From: Octopus bimaculoides
Taxonomy: Eukaryota
Direction: 5' to 3'
Assembly: GCF_001194135.2 (NCBI RefSeq)
Contig: NC_068982.1
Coordinates: forward strand, 167,506,060 to 167,553,779
DNA: 47,720 nt
Positions 23,013-34,190 of the stretch are shown here, piece by piece (within the stretch, counting starts at the first letter, position 1; each line of letters starts with the position of its first letter). The notes beneath the pieces are model-generated. The model did no database searches, was not told the DNA's origin, and saw only the letters and a list, made by a program, of their open reading frames with translations. The position numbers were made by a program, and so were the translations under genes.

Positions 23013-23343
23013 TTTCAAGTGGATAACATCGTTCAAAGTATGCTTATTGTATGACTATGTAACCATTGTTTGAAAAATATTAAGGAGTGGAGATGGAAAT
23101 AAAGGAGTTGGGAAGCATTTGGCAAATACGATATAGTGGACAAGGGGGTAAATATACAAGGGGGTAAATGAAAAATATGCGTATGTTGCAAAAATGTAAA
23201 ATATTTGAAAATTGGGAGTGTAAATACTTTACTAGTGCAGGGAGTGCACGTACATATACACACACGCGCACGCACATATACACACACATACACATACATA
23301 CAAGCATGCATACAAACATACGTACATACATACGTATCTATAT

Positions 23344-23748
23344 AGGCGCAGGAGTGGCTGTGTGGTAAGTAGCTTGCTTACGAACCACATGGTTCCGGGT
23401 TCAGTCCCACTGCGTGGCACCTTGAGTAAGTGTCTTCTACTATAGCCTCGGGCCGACCAAAGCCATGTGAGTGGATTTGGTAGACGGAAACTGAAAGAAG
23501 CCCGTCGTATATATGTATATATATATATGTATGTGTGTGTGTATGCTTGTGTGTCTGTATTTGTTCCCCCCCCCAACATCGCTTGACAACCGATGCTGGT
23601 GTGTTTACGTCCCCGTAGCGGTTCGGTAAAAGAGACCGATAGAATATGTACTAGGCTTACAAAGAATAAATCCTGGGGTCGATTTGCTCGACTATAGGTG
23701 GTGCTCCAGCATGGCCACAGTCAAATGACTGATACAAGTAAAAGAGAG
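23344..23748 (+). mobile_element. SINE family A, full length (reference copy in this window)
   Basis: Pol III A-box tggctgtgtgg and B-box ggttcagtccc, body, internal (TA/TG) microsatellite, tail ggtgctccagcatggccacagtcaaatgactga. Confidence 0.93.
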
Positions 23749-24732
23749 TAGTACACATACATACGCCTCATATATGCGTACACACACACACGCTTATATA
23801 TACGCAAATGTATATATACATACACACACACATATATATACACATATATATATACACATATATATATACACATATATATATACGCACACACGCATATGTG
23901 AGGTGCATTAAGTGTATTAGCAAAAGTATGCATGTGTGCATGCATACATACATACATACATACGTATATATATATATATATATATATATNNNNNNNNNNN
24001 NNNNNNNNNNNNNNNNNNNNNNNNNNNNNNNNNNNNNNNNNNNNNNNNNNNNNNNNNNNNNNNNNNNNNNNNNNNNNNNNNNNNNNNNNNNNNNNNNNNN
24101 NNNNNNNNNNNNNNNNNNNNNNNNNNNNNNNNNNNNNNNNNNNNNNNNNNNNNNNNNNNNNNNNNNNNNNNNNNNNNNNNNNNNNNNNNNNNNNNNNNNN
24201 NNNNNNNNNNNNNNNNNNNNNNNNNNNNNNNNNNNNNNNNNNNNNNNNNNNNNNNNNNNNNNNNNNNNNNNNNNNNNNNNNNNNNNNNNNNNNNNNNNNN
24301 NNNNNNNNNNNNNNNNNNNNNNNNNNNNNNNNNNNNNNNNNNNNNNNNNNNNNNNNNNNNNNNNNNNNNNNNNNNNNNNNNNNNNNNNNNNNNNNNNNNN
24401 NNNNNNNNNNNNNNNNNNNNNNNNNNNNNNNNNNNNNNNNNNNNNNNNNNNNNNNNNNNNNNNNNNNNNNNNNNNNNNNNNNNNNNNNNNNNNNNNNNNN
24501 NNNNNNNNNNNNNNNNNNNNNNNNNNNNNNNNNNNNNNNNNNNNNNNNNNNNNNNNNNNNNNNNNNNNNNNNNNNNNNNNNNNNNNNNNNNNNNNNNNNN
24601 NNNNNNNNNNNNNNNNNNNNNNNNNNNNNNNNNNNNNNNNNNNNNNNNNNNNNNNNNNNNNNNNNNNNNNNNNNNNNNNNNNNNNNNNNNNNNNNNNNNN
24701 NNNNNNNNNNNNNNNNNNNNNATATATATACA

Positions 24733-25478
24733 CGAGGATAAGTCAAAAATTATTCGCACTTTCCCCATAACATCTTTATTATTGTCACATTGCCTTCTGC
24801 ACATGCGTGCGTATAGTTTGTATTATTGTGGTCACGTGATCGAAGTTTGAACTTGATCGCGCCATTTTTCTTTCTGGCTTTACAGTGTAAGCATGGCCGC
24901 TCCACTAGCAATGTGCTCCTAGAAGAACAAAGAGCAGTGATCCGATTTCTCTGGCCGGAAGGTGTGTCATGTGCTGAAAATCATTTACGATGTGTTCGGC
25001 TTCCGTAATGTCTGTGCAAGATGGGTATCAAGAGAGCTTACTGCAGAGCACAAGCACAAACGTCTTGAGGTCTTCCAACGTTTACACGATCGCTACAACA
25101 ATGAGGGCGAGTAAGTTTTAGGCAGAATAGTCACAGGAGATGAAACGTGGTTCAGAATCCAAAAGACAGAGTATGGAGTGGAAACATCCTGGATCGCCAG
25201 CGACGAAGAAATTCAAGACTCAGTCTTCCGCAGGAAAGGTGATGCCAACCCATTTTTGGGACTCAAAAAGGCCTATACGGGAAGACTATTTGGAAAAGGT
25301 GTGTACGATCAACAGTGGAAGATGCAGTGCTTTGTTCGCCAACTAACTGACGTCAGCAATTAGCACCAAACGCCGAATCCTATTGTCGAAGAAAGTTTTG
25401 TAGCTGCATCACAATACATGCCCACACACGGCCGCCCAGACCATTGAAACCATTAACCAATTGGGTTTTGAGGTACTG
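24733..25478 (+). mobile_element. Mariner-family transposon, internally deleted, right end missing
   Basis: Left TIR cgaggataagtcaaaaattattcgca; transposase remnants EEQRAVIRFL, DETW, SKRQSMEWKHPGSP..KKFKTQSSAGKVM..FWDS; near-identical to 44510-45202. Confidence 0.9.
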
Positions 25479-25719
25479 CAGTGGTTCATATTTTGCTTAC
25501 ATATAAATATAAATATACGGTATGTCTACAGTTGAGGGTTTGAGAGTATGGTTCACATTTCGGAGGCGAAAGTTTATATTAATAGTTATGATAGCAGCTG
25601 GTGCTAAAGATAGTAAAGCTCCAGGTAGTGACCAAAATACTATATATATATATTTCGTTATATCGGAGCTGTGAAAGGAAAATCTAAATCCTGATGTAAC
25701 AACCATCTTTCGACTTTTA

Positions 25720-25930
25720 GACACCGTGTTTGAAGACATTCAACTACTCTTTCTCCTTTCACCTGGAAACTTAATGATGAAGGGACCAACTACGACATCA
25801 AATGGAAAATCCTTTCCAAAACCATATCCTATATTAACCAATAAACGAGATGTTCATATTTTCTCTTGAAAAACTATATCTCTTAAAGAACTTGAAAGCC
25901 TCGCATGTTAAGAAATATATCTTAGCGGAA
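25720..25930 (+). mobile_element. Penelope-like GIY-YIG endonuclease C-terminal fragment
   Basis: STTLS..TWKLNDEGTNYDIKWKILSKTISY..RC resembles the LSKxIWxLK..YxIxWxIL..A..Y..RC motif of Penelope-like endonucleases. Confidence 0.65.
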
Positions 25931-26563
25931 TTTAAAAATTGGATACCAGACACATCGTAAACTGTTAAAATCTTGCTTACGCCTTTTGTTTATTGTAACG
26001 TTGGTTATTTCCCCTGTGTTTTATCTTTTTGTCTTTTCCCTTGTTCAAACGTCATCTGCTTAAATAACAATGACAAACAGTCTTGTTTTCAGCTTGAAAA
26101 ATGGTGAAAAAGATTAATGCTTCGGCCAGTAAACCATAGAAGCTATATTTCACAACACTTGTTTTTATTATAACATTATCTTTACGCTCTTAGCTGACCG
26201 AGTTCTCTACTACTTACTGAAATCTTACACCTCTCTCTCTCTTCCTCTCTCTTTCTCTCCCTCACACACACACACACACGCACACACATTTGAATATAGG
26301 TAATTCTAAAGTGAAAATACGCCGTTAATATTGATATAGATTATTAGATAAAGATTAACACCGAAACGATTGATAGGTAAACAATAATATTAAAATAGAG
26401 AAATTGATAGATTGATCGAGAGGGAGAGAATAGGATTCTGATCGGGCATCTCTTGTGTGTATTTGTAAGAATCTGCTTTGCATATTTGTACGCCTATAAA
26501 TGTTTACGTGGATGTAACTACGCCAGTATGTGAATGATTGTTTATGAATCTACGTATGTGACT

Positions 26564-26647
<84 letters not shown>

Positions 26648-27269
26648 GATTATAATTAGTGTTTCAATATTCTCTATTTATGACTGAGTCTGTTCTCTTC
26701 TTCTCCTCTCAAGAGTCTTACCGAATAATTTGAAAATATTTGTAATTTGTTCAATTTCCGGCAGTGGGTAAATTCGCAAGAGAATAAATAGATCTCGTAT
26801 AATATGTAAATTTGAAATCTTCGTCCATCAATTATATAGTTGCTTTGAATAGACTCATTATATCGGAACAACAATTTCCTTTCTGTTTTTTATTGTTAAA
26901 TATTTTATCTTATCATTTATATATTTTTTCTGTTGCTACCGTATTCATGAATTTAAGAAAAAAAAAATCTCCTGCATTTTTACCTTTATATTTGATTGGA
27001 AACGACGAAATGGATACGATGCTGAGCTATCTGCACATGGATACTGATTTCAAACCTGCTGCTTGTGCTTCGTTTATTTCTGTGGTGGGAATATATTTTA
27101 TATTCCTTCGGCGCTATTAGCTGTCGAGACCAAGTACCCTATCAGAAAATGCTAGGGTAGCTGATCACCTGCAACAATTGTGGCATCCTCAATCAGTCCT
27201 TTCGTCCGAAAACTTGACTCATTCCAGAATTACTCTGTGTGTGTGTACATATATGTGTATATATGCATG

Positions 27270-27303
<34 letters not shown>

Positions 27304-27363
27304 CATAAATACATATAAGCATACATATACATACATACATGCATACATACACACATACATATG

Positions 27364-27394
<31 letters not shown>

Positions 27395-27606
27395 NNNNNN
27401 NNNNNNNNNNNNNNNNNNNNNNNNNNNNNNNNNNNNNNNNNNNNNNNNNNNNNNNNNNNNNNNNNNNNNNNNNNNNNNNNNNNNNNNNNNNNNNNNNNNN
27501 NNNNNNNNNNNNNNNNNNNNNNNNNNNNNNNNNNNNNNNNNNNNNNNNNNNNNNNNNNNNNNNNNNNNNNNNNNNNNNNNNNNNNNNNNNNNNNNNNNNN
27601 NNNNNN

Positions 27607-27657
<51 letters not shown>

Positions 27658-27912
27658 CGAACATATATATACACACGCACAAACACACATATGTCGGTGT
27701 ACGTGCGTGTGCGTATATATTTATATGTATATACATATAATATGCATACATATACGTACTTGCGCGCACATACGCATACATATATACATGCATGTATGCC
27801 TCCATACATAGATGCATACACACATGCATACCCACCTACCTACCTACCCGACTACCTACCTACATACTTACGTACGTAATACATACATACATACATACAT
27901 ACATACATACAT

Positions 27913-29112
27913 AGACTCCTTCTGGAGGAAAATCTGGAGCGAAGGGAAAGAGTTTAAGCAAGATGCCCTGTGGATGGTAGAAATCTGAAGAAGTTATTGC
28001 TCCTGCTTTACATCCAAGACTTACAACATTGATGGTGAAACTCTTGTAACTGCGATCCACAAACTCCAGGATCGAAATGCACCTGGAAGAGACTTGTTTG
28101 TTGGATAGCGGTACGAGAAGCTAACATTCAGCTGACCATATCTTATCAATCTATACCAGCAAACTCTCATTGGGAACAGTAGCATACCACACAGGCTAGC
28201 TCTGGCAGAGACAGAATTGATCTCTAAATGCAGAACCACTTATTGGCCAAAAAGTACCGGTCATCTGCATGCCAGAACTTAATGTATAAGATATATACAA
28301 CATGTTTAAAACTCTTCCTCCAGGACCATTGTGAAACTAATGGCATCATCAAAGAAGAACAAGCAGCTGGGAAGAAGTGATCTTGGGGATGTGCCGAGCA
28401 ATTGTTTATCAACAAAACTGTGATGTCAGAGGTGCAGAAGCATAGGAGGAACCTAGTTTCAATGTGGCTAGACTACAAGAAAGCCTTTGACTTCGTTCCA
28501 CACACATGAATGCTAGAAGCTCTTCAGCTTGCTAAAGTTCCAGTGAGCATAGTCAAAGTCATGGATGACTTCATCGTGGGCCACCATCTTGAAATTAAAC
28601 ACAAAGAGTGACTGTATCATCACTGATAGAATGCAGTATCGCAAAAAGGCATATTCCAAGGAGACAGCCTCTCTGTGATGTTGTTTATATTTTCTGTAAG
28701 CCCCTTGTCACAAGGAAACAGAAATACCAAAATTACACACTGTTTCTTTGTGGATGACTTGAAACTTTATGCAAAGAATATGCATGAAATGAAAATGAGT
28801 CTTGATCTAGTTACAACATTCTCAAAAAATGTAGGGTTGGAATTTGGTCAGGATAAATGTTGTTATATGGTTGTGAAAAGGGGGAAAACTATAAACCAGA
28901 ATAGTAACATCCCCATCAATAATTTGACTGTTTCCTTTATATCTGACGAGGAATGTTACAGATATCTAGGGGTGGATGAAAGCATATCTTACGATGGTAC
29001 CTGTAACAAAACACGTGTCACTAAAGGATATTACAGCCGAATAAAGAAAAATTGGACCTCAGAACTCTCTGCATTCAATAAAACAGTAGCCTAGAGTGTG
29101 TTTGCAGTGCCA
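27913..29112 (+). mobile_element. R4/Dong-like retrotransposon copy 2, 5'-truncated, RT region
   Basis: Colinear with copy 1: FWRKIWSE, WLALAET, WLDYKKAFD, IFQGDSLS, HCFFVDDLKLY, ELSAFNKTVA; preceded by (TACA)n at about 27878-27912. Confidence 0.92.
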
Positions 29113-29296
29113 GGACTAACAAGTATATATAATATACAGAAAATAGCACTGCTAGGCACCGCACACATGCTACTTAAAACACTTTCAATACAGTAAAAAT
29201 AAGAGCACCACAACAAACCACAGCATATAGCCAAGGCACACAGAGCTGCACTCAGTAGTGCAGTGAAAGCACGTGATAAGAATAAGACTAAGACTA

Positions 29297-29360
<64 letters not shown>
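29113..29360 (+). mobile_element. 3' end of a second R4-type family fused to copy 2, with an (AAT)n tail
   Basis: Encodes GLTSIYNIQKIALLGTAHMLLKTLSIQ* (stop 29194-29196), ~100-bp UTR, then (AAT)n from 29300. Confidence 0.8.
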
Positions 29361-29385
29361 GTAGTCGTAGTATTAGTAGTAATAA

Positions 29386-29447
<62 letters not shown>

Positions 29448-29559
29448 TTTATAGGATTGCGGTAACTCCTCCAAAAATATAGAAGCAAAAAAAAAAGAAG
29501 AGTGCCATTGTTATCAAGTGAACGATATTTCGACATCTCGTGTATCTTTCACAGGTTCA

Positions 29560-29599
<40 letters not shown>

Positions 29600-30299
29600 G
29601 CAACTGTTCTCTGAACTTTACTTAGAGAAAAATATGGTATATATGTGTCATGTTAAGACTAATTTAACAAGGTGTATATTGGTATTACACGTAACTATTT
29701 CAAAGCCCGATACTACTGCCATACATATTCCTCCTTGAGCCTAACGAGCAAAAAATTCAGCAATCTAATCAAATTAGTCATGATTGCAAGGAAAAATAAT
29801 TGACAAACTATAATAGAATATTACTGAGAAAGTCACACACTACATGGGCGACAGTAAGCCATGCAGCTTATGTATGGGAGAGGCCACACAAAAAGTATTT
29901 CTGCGAAATATGAATTTATAGCTTCTTATTCTATGTAAACACAGGTTACATCACGCACACCACAATTGTAAACCAATTTTAGAGCCAGTTGGATAAGATA
30001 TGTACTCAGTGTTGGAGTAGAGGTGGTTCTGGCATGCGAGATAGCATCCAACGGAGATGCAAGGTGGTATTAATTCATATTCCACATACTCAACTTAATA
30101 TACATTGATAATCATTTAATGATATGACGTGTGGTACCTAAAATAACAGGCTGTTTATAATGTATCCCCGAAACCGACTTATATTGAAGGATGAGCCCTT
30201 TCTACTAGGCATATTATCCAGCTGAAGTGAATTGTGCTATATCTATCACTATTTCTTATTTAAACTGTATATTTTTAGGCTTTTTTCTTTATTAAAGTG

Positions 30300-30745
30300 A
30301 GTATTTCAGTATATGGCTACGTTCATCTTTCTTCAGAACTCCTAACTAAACCAAATGAGGTTTATTTATTCTGTACTCAACCATTTGGCTCAATCTTTTA
30401 CTGCATACTTTTCATTTTTAATTTTGTCGACTGAACACAAAATTATGTTAGTTGTTGTTGCTAACTTTATTGGCTGTCATTTCCTATCTTAATCTTATTG
30501 TATGAATACTTTGACACTATCTTTCTAAATAATGTTCTCACCAGTCTTTACATATCTGAATAATTCTCTACTAGTTATTACCGCTGAGTTTATTGTTTGG
30601 CACATCTCTTCTTAACGTTACTGGATTAATGCACTGGAGATATTTCTTCAAGTAATATTCCTATCATTCTATATCAATCCAAATTGTTCTCTGTCAGAAT
30701 AGTAAAACAGACAGTACCAGTGTTTGGCAGAGTTTTGTTACAGTT
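30300..30745 (-). mobile_element. Possible ancient RTE-like LINE remnant
   Basis: Patchy translation TKLCQTLVLSVLLF and LIWFS..VLKKDE, resembling LVLSVLLYGxETW and RLxWFGHVLR. Confidence 0.3.
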
Positions 30746-31459
30746 TGGTCTTTCATGTTTAATCATATTGATAAATAGTGGGACAAAAATAAGTAAGCAT
30801 TCAAACAAATAAATAGGGAGGCGGAAAGATAAATGGATAGGTAGATAGAGAGAGAGTTAGATTAAATTAATTAATAAATAGTTGTAGTTTGAACTTGATT
30901 GCTGGATAGTTTCTTTTACTGATGAATTGCACTGTGAACGCGTTCGAATTAAAAAAATTCATCATCTACTCGGACGTATAATATTTCACCGATAACCAGG
31001 TAGTCATTCATCAAAGATATTTATCTTATTACAAACTAAAGCTTCTTAAAAAAAAATACATTGAGTTTCACGATGTAGTATATTTAGACGTTTAAAGAAG
31101 AGAAGTAGCGTAACAATATGTAAGCAACAAGATCTGTAAGCACATCAGAATGTGAATAATGAACAAAATTGATTAGTTGCCGAAATACCGCTTAAAATTC
31201 ATCACACATTCAATTCTTGAATGTTGAACACGCGAAATATTTCTTAGCATGGAAGAAAGCACGATTTTTTTAAAGGTCTTCAGTATTATGTGTAATATAT
31301 ACAAAAATGAAGAAAAGTTTCAAGGTAGTTGTATTGTTGGTCAAAGACTATGATTCATTTCTCTTGTATGAAGATCTCGTGATAGAAGGGAAATGCTAAT
31401 AAGGTTTTAAGATATCTGGCCAATATTCGACTGAACGTTTAATTTTATTCCGTAGTCGT

Positions 31460-31650
31460 ATGCCAGTCATCTGGGATGCCACATACTATGACACTTCCAG
31501 TGGCATCTTAGTGTTTTCAGCTATTATCCCAGACTCCGCTGTTCGTCAGGCTGAGAAAAGCAAACTGTCAAAATATCGGTCTCTCTCTAACATGTTTATG
31601 GTCGAGTCTGTGACAGTGGAGACCTTAGGCGTTCCCGGCTCTCGGACCAT
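31460..31650 (+). mobile_element. CRE-clade non-LTR retrotransposon, restriction-like endonuclease fragment
   Basis: VIWDATYYDT..AVRQAEKSKLSKYRSLS..VTVETLGVPG matches the WDxT..DT..A..AE..K..KY..L...P.AVET.G motif of CRE elements; truncated by an N-gap. Confidence 0.8.
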
Positions 31651-32179
31651 NNNNNNNNNNNNNNNNNNNNNNNNNNNNNNNNNNNNNNNNNNNNNNNNNN
31701 NNNNNNNNNNNNNNNNNNNNNNNNNNNNNNNNNNNNNNNNNNNNNNNNNNNNNNNNNNNNNNNNNNNNNNNNNNNNNNNNNNNNNNNNNNNNNNNNNNNN
31801 NNNNNNNNNNNNNNNNNNNNNNNNNNNNNNNNNNNNNNNNNNNNNNNNNNNNNNNNNNNNNNNNNNNNNNNNNNNNNNNNNNNNNNNNNNNNNNNNNNNN
31901 NNNNNNNNNNNNNNNNNNNNNNNNNNNNNNNNNNNNNNNNNNNNNNNNNNNNNNNNNNNNNNNNNNNNNNNNNNNNNNNNNNNNNNNNNNNNNNNNNNNN
32001 NNNNNNNNNNNNNNNNNNNNNNNNNNNNNNATATATATAATACATTTTGCTGTTGAAACTCCTGTCATTCAGAGCTTTGTAGTAATGTGCAGTAAGTGAA
32101 AGGATTCCTTATGAGAGTTTTAGCAGAAGGAACACTTACTAATATTGACTAACATCCCAAATATTATTGGGAGATGGTT

Positions 32180-32338
32180 AAGCGTGGTTAGGCGGTAAGA
32201 AGCTTGCTTCCGAACAACATGGTTCTGGGTTCAGTGCCACTGCATGGCACCTTAGGCAAGTATCATTTCACTATAGCTTCGGATTGACCAAAGCTTTGTG
32301 GGTGGATTTGGTAGACGGAAACTGAAAGAAGCCCATTG

Positions 32339-32391
<53 letters not shown>

Positions 32392-32622
32392 GTGTGTGTG
32401 TCTGTGTATCCGTGTTTTCCTCCTCCCATCACCGCTTGACAATCGGTGTGGGTGTGTTTACGTCCTCGTAACTTAGCGTTTCGGCAAAAGACACTGATAG
32501 AATAAGTGCTAGGCTTAAAGGGCCTGAGGCCGATTTACTCAACTAAAACCCTTCAAGGCGGTGCTCCAGCATGGCCGTAATCAAATGAGTGAAACAGGTA
32601 AAAGAGTAAAAGAGTAAAGAGT
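32180..32622 (+). mobile_element. SINE family A, full length, internal (TCTA)n
   Basis: Head, body and tail align to 23344-23748. Confidence 0.9.
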
Positions 32623-33145
32623 AATATCCATTAAAACTTATAGCAGGGACTGTATTGACCAGTATTAAACGTGCAGTTATATCTAGGAAACGAAATTTGA
32701 ATTCGTATTTACTATGATCTTTAAATGTAACATTTTCAGTATGTTGTTGATCACCTTCATATAAGCATTCATTGTTAATCCATTCGTATTCCTCAAAAGA
32801 ATTGTTCATGATTAGGGTAAGTACCTAACTCTGTATACCCTTTTGAAGTTAATACAAAATGTTCAGTCATATCAATCACATCAATCACAAACTTCATCTC
32901 CATCACACAAGAAACAATTCGTGGTGATTATGTTTAACATCAACAAAGAAAGCAAAGATTTCCTAGTATGCGTAATAATAATATCAATACCAACGTTATT
33001 AACTGAAATAATATCCACGTTGAATAATTATACAGCTTTTTCAAGAACGGATTTTGTTAGAAGCAGATAGAACTCTATGATATCGGTTTGTGTAAATGTA
33101 TGTATGTATGTATGTATGTATGTATGTATGTATGTATGTATGTAT

Positions 33146-33372
33146 GTGTGCCAGAGGGTTTGCAAATCCAATGGGGGTCTTAAAAGACATGTTAGGATCC
33201 ACAATGAGCAGAACTTACTTGCAGGTATTGGTAGTGCAAATCAGAGGTGCAATCTGTGTGGGTGTTTTTTCAAAACACTGTCTGGTTTAAAAAGCCACAT
33301 CAGACGCCATGAAAGGGCTAAGGTGTAGGTGCAGGAGGTGGTCAAACTCTGTTTAAGGTGTAGACAACCACC
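33146..33372 (+). mobile_element. 3' end of an RTE-like LINE encoding two C2H2 fingers, flanked by (TATG)n on both sides
   Basis: C-QRVCKSNGGLKR-H-VRI-H and C-NL-C-GCFFKTLSGLKS-H-IRR-H, stop at 33326-33328, 44-bp UTR, then (TGTA)n. Confidence 0.7.
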
Positions 33373-33790
33373 ATGTATGTATGTATGTATGTATGTATGT
33401 ATGTATGTATGTATGTATGTATGTATGTATGTNNNNNNNNNNNNNNNNNNNNNNNNNNNNNNNNNNNNNNNNNNNNNNNNNNNNNNNNNNNNNNNNNNNN
33501 NNNNNNNNNNNNCTTCATTGGAACTTTTATCAACATCATCTAGGTATCTGTGCATATGTGTGTGTGTGTGCAGTATTTGGTGTTAGTGTATGCGCAGATT
33601 TGTATGTTTGTTTTATGGATGCGTTTTTATGTCTAGATGCATGCAAATGTATTTATGTGCTAAATTTTTGGATGTATGCATGCATGCATGTATGTATGTA
33701 TGCACTATGTATGCATGTATTGTGTGTATGGTTGTATGCATGTATGAATATATGTATGTATATTGTATGTATGTGTATATATATGTATTT

Positions 33791-34190
33791 TCTTTTATTC
33801 TTTTATTTGTTTCAGTCATTTGACTGCGGCCATGCTGTAGTACCACCTTTAGTCAAACCAATCGACCCTAGGACTTATTCTTTGTAAGCCTAGCACTTAT
33901 TCTATCGGTCTCTTTTGCCAAACCACTAAGTTACGGAGACATAAACACACCAACATCGGTTGTCAAGCGATGGTGGGAGGACAAACATAGACACGCAAAC
34001 ACACACACGTACACACATACACACACATATATACGACGAGCTTCTTTCAGTTTCTGTCTACCACATCCGCTCACAGGGCTTTGGTCGGCTCGAGGCTACA
34101 GTAGAAGACACTTGCCCAAGGTGCCACGCAGAGGGACTGAGCCCGGAACCATGTGGTCGGTAAGCAAGCTACTTACCACACAGCCACTCC
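33791..34190 (-). mobile_element. SINE family A, full length
   Basis: Reverse complement of 23344-23748. Confidence 0.92.

Noticed and set aside
27196-27232. Minus-strand ctggaatgagtcaagttttcggacgaaagg resembling a hammerhead core
   Set aside because: CTGATGA is broken by extra bases, GAAA is not followed by a pairable stem III, and no stem I is evident; probably chance.
29983-30070. Possible internal exon (ttttag ... aag|gtggta) with two open frames
   Set aside because: No recognisable protein similarity, weak splice signals and no partner exons.
33146-33328. Host C2H2 zinc-finger gene exon
   Set aside because: No TGEKP-type linker, no acceptor site (microsatellite upstream), and it ends in a short UTR plus simple-repeat tail typical of RTE LINEs.
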